Part shown: in pieces, positions 1-10,840 of the stretch | Layout of the letters: each line of letters starts with the position of its first letter | Position numbering within the stretch: the stretch's first letter is position 1 | NCBI RefSeq assembly: GCF_001194135.2 | Contig: NC_068981.1 | Span: forward strand, 3,347,074-3,383,632 | Reading direction: 5' to 3' | Origin: Octopus bimaculoides | Taxonomy: Eukaryota | Length of the DNA stretch: 36,559 nt | Translations under genes and position numbers: made by a program | Notes under the pieces: model-generated | What the model saw: only the letters and a program-made list of their open reading frames with translations | The model's database searches: none | What the model was told of the DNA's origin: nothing

Positions 1-267
1 ACCAGTCAAGCAGCACATCACGCTGTAATTCTTGGGCTGAGAAATCAACACTTAAAAGCCATAATTTTAAGGAGCGATAAGAATTTTTGAATAAAGGAAA
101 ATGGGTAGGTACCGCCAGCGAGTAGATAGGGCTCTTAATTGTAGATTTTAAATATTTGAGAGACAACAATGCATAAATCGTAATTTTTAAAAGAGCAATG
201 AATTCTAGGTGATTAGAATATAACGTAGCATGAATTTAGGAAGCTTAGAAAATGAAAATGAAAATGA

Positions 268-393
268 ATATTATTATTATTATTCAGGTCACTGCCTGGA
301 ATCGAACTCGGAATCTTGGGGAGTATGTCAGCCAAAACATTGTGTTAATAGCAAACAAGATGAAGACAAATATCTGTCAAATATAAATAATGT
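268..393. mobile_element. Rearranged fragment of the tRNA-head/hammerhead Penelope-like element
   Basis: 268-320 is the reverse complement of the head/(AAT)n part of 9388-9480. 321-393 is the forward 3' half (CAGCCAAAACATTGTGTT...AAATAATGT) matching 9572-9636. Confidence 0.8.
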
Positions 394-478
394 GAAAAAT
401 ATTTATTACCTTAAAATAAAATTTCTTACTTGTAAATTTGCAATAAATATGATATTTGTTTTCTAAATTTATCAATAA

Positions 479-780
479 GCATGGCTGTGTGGTAAGAAGT
501 TTGCTTCCCAGCCACATGGTTCTAGGTTCAGTCCCACTGTGTGGCACCTTGGGCAAGTATCTTCTACTATAGCCTTTGGCTGACCAAAGCCTTGTGAGTG
601 GATCTGGTAGATGGAAATCTAAAGAAGCCCATCATGTGTGTTTATGCCTTTGTTTTGTCAGTGTTTGTCTCCCACCACCACTTGGCAAAAAAAAAGTACT
701 GGAGTCAATTTATTCAACTAAAAATTCTTCAAGGCAGTGCCCCAGCATGGTCGCAGTCTAATGACTGCAACAAGAAAAAG
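479..780 (+). mobile_element. tRNA-derived SINE, family A (internally deleted)
   Basis: A box TGGCTGTGTGG, B box GGTTCAGTCCC, then CACCTTGGGCAAG and tail GTGCCCCAGCATGGTCGCAG; homologous to 14648-15066. Confidence 0.85.
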
Positions 781-1302
781 GCAAAAAAAGATAACAACAA
801 AAAACAACCAGCTTCAGTGTATATTATCAAATACAGAAATGTCTTTCACTAACTATTTTGGTTTTAGAACTTAAATAGTCAGGTTTTAGTCTCAGCAAAA
901 TCTGCTTCAGAGGCTTTAACACTTTTAACATCCAATTAAAATGTTCATATGAATTCCAATCATGTACTGCAGTCCAATTATGACATGAAAGATAATATTA
1001 AATTTTAATATGTTATTATTAAGTTCAAAGTTAATTACTTCGGTAACGAAATCTCTGGCATCACTTGAATATTTTAAAAAAGGAGGGGGGGAGAAAGTTA
1101 ATGTGAAAGAAGTATATTGCTACTAGAAATGTGGTCACAAAACGGTAAAAAACTTGCCTGGGCAAAATGTCAGATTAATTATTTTAGCATTATTTAGCCA
1201 TCAAATTACAACAAATCTAGAATTTTTAATTTGGTTGATAATTATAGTAGGAAACCAAAAATAAAAAAAATTAAAAAGTGCTGTAAAAAAAAAAAAAAAA
1301 AA

Positions 1303-2054
1303 NNNNNNNNNNNNNNNNNNNNNNNNNNNNNNNNNNNNNNNNNNNNNNNNNNNNNNNNNNNNNNNNNNNNNNNNNNNNNNNNNNNNNNNNNNNNNNNNNN
1401 NNNNNNNNNNNNNNNNNNNNNNNNNNNNNNNNNNNNNNNNNNNNNNNNNNNNNNNNNNNNNNNNNNNNNNNNNNNNNNNNNNNNNNNNNNNNNNNNNNNN
1501 NNNNNNNNNNNNNNNNNNNNNNNNNNNNNNNNNNNNNNNNNNNNNNNNNNNNNNNNNNNNNNNNNNNNNNNNNNNNNNNNNNNNNNNNNNNNNNNNNNNN
1601 NNNNNNNNNNNNNNNNNNNNNNNNNNNNNNNNNNNNNNNNNNNNNNNNNNNNNNNNNNNNNNNNNNNNNNNNNNNNNNNNNNNNNNNNNNNNNNNNNNNN
1701 NNNNNNNNNNNNNNNNNNNNNNNNNNNNNNNNNNNNNNNNNNNNNNNNNNNNNNNNNNNNNNNNNNNNNNNNNNNNNNNNNNNNNNNNNNNNNNNNNNNN
1801 NNNNNNNNNNNNNNNNNNNNNNNNNNNNNNNNNNNNNNNNNNNNNNNNNNNNNNNNNNNNNNNNNNNNNNNNNNNNNNNNNNNNNNNNNNNNNNNNNNNN
1901 NNNNNNNNNNNNNNNNNNNNNNNNNNNNNNNNNNNNNNNNNNNNNNNNNNNNNNNNNNNNNNNNNNNNNNNNNNNNNNNNNNNNNNNNNNNNNNNNNNNN
2001 NNNNNNNNNNNNNNNNNNNNNNNNNNNNNNNNNNNNNNNNNNNNNNNNNNNNNN
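1303..2054. other. Assembly gap
   Basis: Run of N. Confidence 1.
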
Positions 2055-2056
2055 AA

Positions 2057-2188
2057 TTCCCACATGGCCTCAGACTCAACACGGAGGCTTACATCAAGTG
2101 CCTGGAGGAGGAAGTGCTGCCCTGGGTCAACAGAGTGGCTGCTGGAACACCCTATGTCTGGCAACAGGATTCTGCACCATACCACACA
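2057..2188 (+). mobile_element. Tc1/mariner transposase fragment
   Basis: Translates FPHGLRLNTEAYIKCLEEEVLPWVNRVAAGTPYVWQQDSAPYHT; WQQDSAPxH is the second-Asp motif of the DDE/D domain. Confidence 0.85.
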
Positions 2189-2244
2189 ATTGTCTTGTCT
2201 ATAAGTTGTCTGTCAGCCAACTGTTTGTTGACAATTGTCCATCT

Positions 2245-2286
<42 letters not shown>

Positions 2287-2651
2287 GTGAAGTATATTTG
2301 CCACTTAAATGTGGCAGTTATCAGTAGTGTGATCTGAAAGCCACTCACCTGATGATGTGCAGGTATTCAGCTACAGCTGGATCTATTTATTCATAATATT
2401 TATATAATAGTATGATATGGAAAACTCAGCTACTAACAGCTGTTATCAATGCATAGAAACAATTGTTGTGATTTGTGATTAAAGGCTGTTCTCTCTATCT
2501 TCTTCCTTTATAAATTTATATATTTCCAGCCTTACCCACAAGTCCCTTTGAAATGTATATAAAATATCTGTCTTTACATCATCCCAGCTACACACATTAT
2601 TATACACACACACAAACTCACAGATACAGGCACACTACAGACACAGAGCAT

Positions 2652-3022
2652 GGTCTTCAGATGTTGGGCCACATGGAGGTGATGACAAGTGACTGAGACC
2701 TTTGGCAATATGCTGTGCTTGAGAAGACTCGTCAAGCCAAGTGAAATCAGTCGTGCCTGTTGCCAGTGTCACGTAAATGGCACCCATGAAATCGTAGTTG
2801 TGGATGTTGCCAGTGTCATGTGAATGGCACCTGTGCCACTGGCACGTCAAAAGCATCCATTACACTCTTGGAGTGGTTGGCGTTAGGAAAGGCATCCAGC
2901 CGTAGAAACCATGCGAAATCAGATTGGAACTTGCTGCAGCTGTCTAGCTTATCAGATCTAGTCAAACTGTCTAACCCATACCAGCATGGAAAGCAGACAT
3001 ATGATGATGATGATGATAATGA
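2652..3022 (+). mobile_element. RTE LINE 3' end: last ORF2 codons, stop, 3'UTR, (ATG)n tail
   Basis: 2652-2744 reads GLQMLGHMEVMTSD*DLWQYAVLEKTRQAK*, resembling an RTE ORF2 C-terminus. It is followed by the GGTTGGCGTTAGGAAGGCATCCAGC 3'UTR and GATGATGAT. Confidence 0.8.
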
Positions 3023-3047
3023 TATATATATCGGTATGATGGTGCAA

Positions 3048-3497
3048 NNNNNNNNNNNNNNNNNNNNNNNNNNNNNNNNNNNNNNNNNNNNNNNNNNNNN
3101 NNNNNNNNNNNNNNNNNNNNNNNNNNNNNNNNNNNNNNNNNNNNNNNNNNNNNNNNNNNNNNNNNNNNNNNNNNNNNNNNNNNNNNNNNNNNNNNNNNNN
3201 NNNNNNNNNNNNNNNNNNNNNNNNNNNNNNNNNNNNNNNNNNNNNNNNNNNNNNNNNNNNNNNNNNNNNNNNNNNNNNNNNNNNNNNNNNNNNNNNNNNN
3301 NNNNNNNNNNNNNNNNNNNNNNNNNNNNNNNNNNNNNNNNNNNNNNNNNNNNNNNNNNNNNNNNNNNNNNNNNNNNNNNNNNNNNNNNNNNNNNNNNNNN
3401 NNNNNNNNNNNNNNNNNNNNNNNNNNNNNNNNNNNNNNNNNNNNNNNNNNNNNNNNNNNNNNNNNNNNNNNNNNNNNNNNNNNNNNNNNNNNNNNNN
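3048..3497. other. Assembly gap
   Basis: Run of N. Confidence 1.
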
Positions 3498-3659
3498 GTG
3501 GAAGAGTACAGCAGGGTTTGCCACCATCCCCTGCCGGAGCCTCGTAGAGCTTTAGGTGCTTTCGCTCAATAAACACTCACAACGCCCGGTCTGGGAATCG
3601 AAACCGCGATCCTATGACCGCGAGTCTGCTGCCCTAACCACTGGGCCATTGCGCCTCCA

Positions 3660-3660
<1 letters not shown>
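3498..3660 (-). mobile_element. Young tRNA-derived SINE, family D
   Basis: Minus strand GTGGAGGCGCAATGGCCCAGTGGTTAGGGCAGC...GGTTTCGATTCCC with intact boxes and many undecayed CpGs. Confidence 0.8.
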
Positions 3661-3694
<34 letters not shown>

Positions 3695-3695
<1 letters not shown>

Positions 3696-3850
3696 GGGGT
3701 TCTTTCAGTTTCCAACTACCAAATTCCTTTACAAAGCTTTGGTCAGCTCGAGGCTATAATAGAAGACACTTGCCAAAGGCATCATGTAGTTGGACTGAGT
3801 TCAAAACCATGTGGTTGGGAAGCAAGCTTCTTAACACACAGCCAAGCCTG
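3695..3850 (-). mobile_element. SINE family A, 5' part
   Basis: Reverse complement of the family A head, ending at a (TA)n tract. Confidence 0.75.
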
Positions 3851-4014
3851 TACCTATACCCACTCTTCCTGTTCTTCTGTTCCCAATGCCCACCCTGACA
3901 CCTTATCACTGCCATCATCATCATCATCCCTTGTTTCAGCTCCATACTGATTACTTCCATCCACTCTTGTATAATGCAGGCAGCCATTTATCTTCCACAG
4001 GAAGGAAACATAAT

Positions 4015-4140
4015 CCTGACCACTTACAAGGCTTTGGTTGGGCCAAGGCTATAGTAGAAGTACCACTTGTCCAAAGTGCCTCTCAGTTGGATTGAACTGG
4101 AAAGCATGTGGTTGGGAAGCAAACTTCTGACTCACACAGC
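4015..4140 (-). mobile_element. SINE family A, 5' part
   Basis: Reverse-complement head GCTGTGTGAGTCAGAAGTTTGCTTCCCAACCACATG. Confidence 0.7.
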
Positions 4141-4564
4141 TACAACTCAGAGTCTGGATGCAACAGAGTTTGTAAATATGAAACAGATAAACTACAATCG
4201 GCAAGCAATGCCACTCAAGAATGTTCAACATTATTCTGTAAACTAAAAACTGTTTGATAAAAGAGAAAAAAAAAAGGAAAAAGTATAAAAATTGTAGGTC
4301 GAAAGCAAACAAACGAGGAACATTCGGAAATGAAACAATCTCTCAATAAGTGAAGACATAACTACTTGTGAGTTTTTCCATTTCCTATCTGTTTTATGCC
4401 ACACCTTAAGAACGGAAGATGTTGAAGTTATATCCATTGACATTAGGTTTATAGAAGATAGAAATAGAGAAAATATAGAAAATTAAAATTGAAATAACAA
4501 ATCAAACAATTAGAGAATAAAATACTTAGAGACCCCATCTGTATCAACATCAACAGTTAAAGTC

Positions 4565-4785
4565 AGTCTTAACACTTATAAACCTTTCTACTAGAGGCAC
4601 AAGGACTGAAATTTTGGGAGAAGGGGGATAAGTCGATTACATTGACCCGAGTGCTCCACTGGCACTTATTTCATCCACCCCAAAAGGATGAAAGTCAAAG
4701 TCAACATCAGCAGCATTTGAACTCAAAATGCTGTTGAACAGTTTGTCCAGCGTGCTAACGATTCTGCCAGCTCACCACCTTAAAG
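4565..4785 (-). mobile_element. tRNA-derived SINE, family B (Meta-domain-like core)
   Basis: Reverse complement of GGTGAGCTGGCAGAATCGTTAGC...GAGTTCAAAT...CTTTCATCCTTTTGGGG...AAATAAGT. Confidence 0.8.
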
Positions 4786-5319
4786 CATAACGAAATGAGC
4801 ATAAAAGAAATTAATCCAATAAGAAATAAGTGGTGAGAATATAAAACAAGTAAACAATATTAGTAATTAACTGATAATTGTTTTAATTAATTAGGAAAGT
4901 ACGAGAGATAACTGTGGATGGACATGTTTTGGTAAAGGTGGGTGGTGGTTTTGCCAATCAAGCTTGACCATTCATCAGCAGAGGGCTGTACAGGTTTGGG
5001 ACAAGACTTTTTGAGTAAGACTGGCAGTTATTCCTACATGCATGTCACCCCCTCCACTCTACGCCACTGATGGTTATTCAAAGGAAAGGCTTAGGGTAAT
5101 ACAGATGGGAATCAGTGTCCTTGTAGGTGTTGTCAGAATATAAAGAGTGGGATTAGATACCACAAGGCACCGTGTCCCTGACCCTCGAACAGTTCTGACC
5201 TAGATTGTCTACACACACACACACACATGCATATACAAGCATACAAACAAATATATATGCATGCATATTTGGTGGAACGAACAAGTAAAGTACAAGTTTA
5301 CACATAAGCTTAAAAAGCA

Positions 5320-5555
5320 CCATTCGAGCATGGCCGATGCCAGTGCTACCTGACTGGCACCTGTGCCGGTGGCATATAAAAAGCACCTACTACACTTTTG
5401 GAGCGGTTGGCGTTAGGAAGGGCATCCAGTTGTAGAAACTTTGCCAGAACAGACTGGAGCCTGGTGCAGCCTCTGGGCTTGCCAGTCCTCGGTCAAACCA
5501 TCCAACCCATGCCAGCATGGAAAGCAGACGTTAAACGATGATGATGATGATGATA
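5320..5555 (+). mobile_element. RTE 3'UTR copy
   Basis: GGTTGGCGTTAGGAAGGGCATCCAG...CCAACCCATGCCAGCATGG...(GAT)n. Confidence 0.85.
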
Positions 5556-6989
5556 TGCAGATATACATACACACACACATATATACATACATACACATAT
5601 ATACATAAATACACAGATGCATACATAAACACACACACACACACACACACACATCTATCAAATCAACTACTAACATTACAGAAATGACTCAAGAGCTGAG
5701 AGGTTTATACGTTGCCTAAATAAGTGTATATATGTATATATAATAGAGCTATGTGAAAGTACCTGTCTCTGGCAGCACCGGAGATATATATTTGTAGAAA
5801 TAAAGAATGTCTTTTGAATTGGTAACTCTGAAAGTGTTACACAATAGCTTCTTCCAAAGTATTGTTAGAAAAGAAATACGCAACTGTGAATAGTAGAGGC
5901 TTTTATGAAAATCAATAAAAACGCAGTAGTCATTTAGTAGAGTAGCTAACCACAATTTTACTTTGAGATGTTGGAGAAATAGAGAAATCGCTATTTTTGT
6001 TACACATCAGATTTAATATTCGACAACGCTCATCACTCACCCTCTTCCTCATGCTGTCTCACTCACTGCACTCACTCACCTTCCACTCCGACACAAAGAA
6101 AACAAATTCGTTCAATTGGAAAATAGAAACAAAATGCACACTATCTTCATTTATTGATACCTGCTCTAAGAAACAAGACAAGCTGTGTCAAGAATTGATG
6201 GTAATATCTTCGAGAAGGGAAAAAAGAAATTTTAAAAAAAAACATTACATAAGACATGCTAAGAATGTTAATGTTCCATTGTATATTGTAAAAGTCATGT
6301 GATCGACCAGACTATCGGATGTTGTTATACATCACTGGTCACAATGCGCTTTGCATCATTTTAGCTTTCGAATGATGTCACTCTAAGTGAGTAGGCCAAC
6401 ATTTCCTTGATTGGAAGTCTAGACTGTCGTAGGGTTACCTGTCTATAGGTGAGTAGACTGGAGCCAACTGGGAATTGAATCCATAATCATTAGATCATGA
6501 GTGCAACACCCTAGCCACCAGGCCATGTGCTTTCCCATACTGTATTAATAGCAAAAGGAGAATGGTAAGGAACGGCTTTGCTTTGATATTGTTGAGGTTT
6601 TAAGAGAGACTGTGCAGGACAGAGGGAGTTCTTACCTTTCAGATTGAAATAAAAGAGCTGCTGGTAATAGAACAGAACTATGAGGAAAGGGGATTTGGAC
6701 AAGATGGATTGAATAGAATTAAGCCTTGATGTGTAATGGCTCGGGTGATAACATGACACAAAGTGAGAAAATATATTTGGTTGTACAAGTATGTAAATAA
6801 AATCAGGCATAAGAAATTAAGATGCTAATAGTGATAAATGTCTAGGAATTCTCTCCACTCACTCCAAAAGTGTGTTTATCTTCAAGTTACCAAACCACTT
6901 TAAATCATGTTAAGAGAAACAGTTTATATAAGTCAATATCCAAAATATATATATATATGTAGTGTGTGTGTGTGTGTCTCTCTCTCTAT

Positions 6990-7205
6990 CATCATCATCA
7001 TCATCATTTAATGTCCGCTTTCTATGCTGGCATGGGTAGGATGGTTTGACAGGGAACTGGTGAGTTCCAGGGCTGCATCAGGCTCCAATATCATCTTTGA
7101 CATAGTTTCTATGGATGGATGCCTTTCCTAGTGCCAGCCACTTTACAGAGTGTACTGGGTGCGTTTTTTGTGCCACCAGCACTTGTGAAGTTGCCGTGTA
7201 ACTTG
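6990..7205 (-). mobile_element. RTE 3'UTR copy
   Basis: (CAT)n followed by TTTAATGTCCGCTTTCTATGCTGGCATGGG. Confidence 0.8.
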
Positions 7206-7399
7206 CAAGACAAGAAAGAGAGAGAGAAGAGAGAAAGGGAAAAAGCTCTCTCTTCTAAGAGGAAGTATTTAGGAGTAGAAGGGGGGAGGTGGGTGACTGT
7301 ATATGTCAGGTGTTGAGAGACCAAAGTGTAATAGAGGGGCAATCACAGGGGTCTTGTTATAGAGGAGATATCCGACTGAAGGAGATCGGAGGAAGTTAG

Positions 7400-8097
7400 T
7401 GCTTTATATGTGGCAGGTACCTACAAGTAGTCAGCTGTAAATGTACCCATGAAATTATTTCTTTCAAACATTCAATAGTCTATGTAGATGTAGTTGATAG
7501 CTTTTGTTATCAAAAGGGCCTAATTAATAAGGGGAAATAAGTCTTCCTGAAAACCTAGTAACCAAAGTAAGAAAGAAATGTAAAAAGGCCAGGATAGTGT
7601 TGTTGCCTCTGTTAGTGACACAGTGATTCTTTCTTTGGAGCGAAGAGCAGATTGTACGATGCTTGTGTGCAACATTGCATAGTCACTAAAACTAGACATT
7701 AAATGCAAAATATGTGTGAAGGCTGAAAAGAAATAAGGTATGTTTTGATGGGTAAGTTAGCATGTATGAAGAATGAAATAGAAAAGAACTGAAAAGGAAA
7801 CAAAAAAAAAAACTGGTTGTAAGAGGAGTATGAGATGTAGTGTGCAAGAGAGAAGATTGCACTGGTGCAGAGATGGGATGCTTTTATGGAATGGCAACCG
7901 AGTAAAGAAGTTCAGTGATGTAAGCCAGATGGGAGAATCCACTGGAAGAAGAAAACTGAAGACATGAAGGACAAGTGGTGAAAGTTGATGTCAGGAGATG
8001 ACAATGGATCCCGCAACAAATGGAAAGAAGTTGTGTTGAAGAAGACCCTTTCAATGCCAGGGTGGACATAGAAAACAATGGATGTGATGATGATGGC
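7400..8097 (+). mobile_element. Old degenerate RTE ORF2 3' region
   Basis: Frameshifted pieces VLLPLLVT, RLYDACV, ERRLHW, RRKLKT*..VVKVD are colinear with the RTE peptide at 28808-29078; ends in GATGATGATG. Confidence 0.7.
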
Positions 8098-8839
8098 AAG
8101 AGAGGCAGAAACAAATCATTTTTATCTCATGTCTGTTTATAAAAGACTTATCATCAGCATAAACATGATACTCAGAAAAGAATGTGACAACAACCAAAAT
8201 AGCATGGAATAATGCAGTTGCAACTTTTAATGTTGCAGTGTTGATGTCGATGTGCATTTTGTAAATGCTAGGAAATTTTTTTCGTTTTGCAACAGTTTGC
8301 CCTGCCATCTCTAATAGTAAGGTGCAAAAAACAAACGACTATATCTTTGGAGTTACATATTGTTTCCAGTTATGAAAAAGAAAGCAAAAAATGACAGGTG
8401 TATTATGAAAATAGTGTATAACTGATACCAAATATTAAAAAAAAATAGAGAAAGAGAAAGAAATGTGAATGGAATTTCTACTCAAGCCTCAGTGATTCAA
8501 GACAATGGTATGTGCCTAACACAGCAGGTATAGCGGCTGGTATTCCGCAGGTAGTTAACTTGATAATTAATCAAAGTGAATGATAGCTTTAATAGGAGAA
8601 AGAGAGAGACGGAGAAAGAAAGAGAGTGCGTGTGTTTAGTGAATAAACATGAGAAATATTTTGTTATGAAGACAATATTCCTTACCCTTTTGTTCTACCC
8701 TACCCCATGCTACCGTCAAGGAGATTAAACTGATACCCCAGCCCTCACATGGTGAATTCTAGAGCAGCCATCAACACAACATCATTGAAAACGAACAAAA
8801 AAAGCATGAACAGAATGTTTGTTGACATTATCATCAGGA

Positions 8840-9030
8840 TCAAGCATTGGCAGAATCAGTTGAGCATCAGACAAAATGCCTTGTAGTATTTGTTCTGAGT
8901 TCAAAACTCACTGATGTCACCTTTGTCTTTTGTTTTTTTCAGGTCTGATAAAAGAAAGAATGTACCAGTCAAATACTGGGGTCAATGTCTTTAAGTAACC
9001 ACCTTTTCTGCCAAATCTGTTGGCCTTGTG
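8840..9030 (+). mobile_element. SINE family B
   Basis: TGGCAGAATCAGTTGAGCA...GAGTTCAAA...TACCAGTC...GGCCTTGTGCC. Confidence 0.7.
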
Positions 9031-9124
9031 CCCAAATCAAAATAATCATTTGTAGCAAATGTCATAAATGATTGAAGACCCAACAATAGACAGCTGGTTG
9101 CTAATATTAACAAAATCACACAGA

Positions 9125-9285
9125 ATCATTAGCATGCATTTTAATTCCACTGAGGTTGATTTTACCTTTCATCCTTTTGGGGTCAATAAAATAAGTACCA
9201 GTTGAACACTGGGGGCCAATAGAATCAACTACTTCCACCACTCTTTCAACTGTTGGCCTTGAGCCAAAATTTGAAACCAAAATAT
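9125..9285 (+). mobile_element. SINE family B, 3' part
   Basis: CCTTTCATCCTTTTGGGGTCAATAAAATAAGTACCAG core. Confidence 0.75.
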
Positions 9286-9400
9286 AAATTCAGTTCTATA
9301 TTTGGGAGATGAGGAATTATGTACATTATTTAATTATTTACATTTGATGGCTATTTATCCACATCTTGTAAAATTCACTCCATAATTGCCCATGGGCATA

Positions 9401-9454
9401 TGGTGTAGTGGTTAAGAGCGTGGGCTACTAACCCCAAGATTCCGAGTTCGATTC
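9401..9454 (+). promoter_or_regulatory. Pol III type-2 internal promoter (A and B boxes)
   Basis: A box TGGTGTAGTGG 9401-9411, B box GTTCGATTC 9446-9454; the second copy has TGGCGTAGTGG 10393-10403 and GTTCGATTC 10438-10446. Confidence 0.75.
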
Positions 9455-9543
9455 CAGGCAGTGGCCTGAATGATAATAATCATAATAACAACAACATCAA
9501 AAAATACCTTAGGAATGAGAATCCAGGTTTGAAATTTCCCCAA

Positions 9544-9589
9544 GACACCTGATGAAAGCTGGAGGGTATAACAGCTGAAATGTTGTGTT
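9544..9589 (+). ncRNA. Minimal type-I hammerhead ribozyme motif
   Basis: GACAC-CTGATGA-A-AGCTG[GAGGGTATAA]CAGCT-GAAA-TGT-T-GTGTT. Stem I GACAC/GTGTT, stem II 5 bp, core CUGAUGA/GAAA, predicted cleavage after GUU at 9584. Confidence 0.7.
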
Positions 9590-9699
9590 AACAACAAACA
9601 AGATGAGGACAAATATCCGTCAAATGTAAATAATGTACAAAATATAAATTAGAAAATTACTATTTGTAAATCTCATGAGAGATATTCAGCAACAGTACT

Positions 9700-10072
9700 T
9701 TGTAGTAAAGATTATTTGCCAACATAACATGGCAGTCCTGGTTTAGGACTAATATTGCCGTAATTTAGCCTCAGGAGACATCGTTTCCAGCTGGCTATAC
9801 AGGCAGGATTAGTGGGGGAGCATCATAGCCATGTGTTGAGAGGAATTCTTTGGGGTTTGCATAATTCACCTTTGGAAACCTTATTCAGGGACCTTTTGAG
9901 TGGGATGGGCTACTTGACCTGAAGAAAATTCTAACTGGGCTCCACCTTCGAGGTCATGTGCTCCTTTTTCATATGGTGGTGATGCATGTGCCTGGTGTAC
10001 CCCTATCAGATGGGTAGTCATGACGGGTATACTGGACTTCGTATATTTTACCCCAGTGTCACTCAACAACAA
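9700..10072 (+). repeat. Unclassified interspersed repeat ending in (AAC/AAT)n
   Basis: 5' part homologous to 31808-31925 (AACATGGCAGTCC...AGGAC...TGCCGT...TTAGC); simple-repeat tail suggests a retroelement. Confidence 0.6.
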
Positions 10073-10084
10073 TAATAATAATAA

Positions 10085-10288
10085 TCATGGTTTCAAATTT
10101 TGCCACAAGGGCAGCAATTTTGGGGGACTACGTAGACTTCAGTCTTCAACTGGTACTGAATTTATCGACCCCAAAAGGATGAAAGGCAAAGTTGACCTCA
10201 GCAGTATTTGAACTCAGAACATAAAGACAGGTGAAACACTGCTAAGCATTTTGCCCGGCGTGCTAACAATTCTGCCAGTTCACCGCCT

Positions 10289-10290
<2 letters not shown>
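10085..10290 (-). mobile_element. SINE family B
   Basis: CTGGTACT...TCGACCCCAAAAGGATGAAAGGCAAAGTTGACC...GTGCTAACAATTCTGCCAG. Confidence 0.85.
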
Positions 10291-10333
<43 letters not shown>

Positions 10334-10626
10334 TACAGTTCTATATTTAAGAGATGAGGAATTATTTACATTGTTATATGCCCATGGGTATATGGCGTAG
10401 TGGTTAAGAGCATGGGCTACTAACCCCAAGATTCCAAGTTCGATTCCAGGCAGTGACCTGAATAATAATGATAATAATGATAATAACATTGAAAAAATAC
10501 CTTAGGAATGAGAACCCAGGTTCGAAATTTCCCCAAGACACTTGATGAAGGCTGGAGGGTATATCAGCCGAAATGTGTTAACAACAAACAAGATGAGGAC
10601 AAATATCTGTCAAATGTAAATAATGT
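10334..10626 (+). mobile_element. Second copy of the tRNA-head/hammerhead element
   Basis: Short inverted arm 10334-10372, head from 10380, hammerhead 10537-10579 (C3>T and a 3-nt deletion at the cleavage site); inserted in an (AAT)n tract. Confidence 0.8.
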
Positions 10627-10634
10627 AATAATAA

Positions 10635-10840
10635 TTTTGGTGCAAGGCCAGCAATTTCGGGGGAGGTGATAAGTTGATTACACCAACCCGCAGTGTTTGA
10701 CTGGTTTTTACTTTATCTACCTTGAAAAGATGACAGGCAAAGTGAATCTTGGCAAAATTTGAACTCAGAACATAAAGGCAGACGAAATGCTAAGAATTTA
10801 GCTTGACGTGCTTACGGTTCTGCCAGATCGCTGCCTCATA
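10635..10840 (-). mobile_element. SINE family B
   Basis: Homologous to 10085-10290. Confidence 0.75.

Larger units (their letters stand above)
9291..9637 (+). mobile_element. Non-autonomous Penelope-like element with tRNA-like head and hammerhead motif
   Basis: 13-bp direct repeat CAAAATATAAATT at 9278-9290 and 9638-9650. 9291-9369 is an inverted copy of the element's 3' end, the head is at 9388-9468 and the hammerhead at 9544-9589. Confidence 0.8.

Noticed and set aside
3590-3660. tRNA genes at the SINE heads (also 9388-9468 and others)
   Set aside because: They lack a complete acceptor stem and continue into repeated SINE bodies.
5764-6215. Minus-strand splice signals (donors at 5763 and 6080, acceptor near 6213)
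   Set aside because: No consistent exon frame or recognisable peptide could be assembled.
7520-8308. Minus-strand hydrophobic ORFs and a strong plus donor AAG|GTATGT at 7738
   Set aside because: The region is a decayed plus-strand RTE ORF2, so these signals are incidental.
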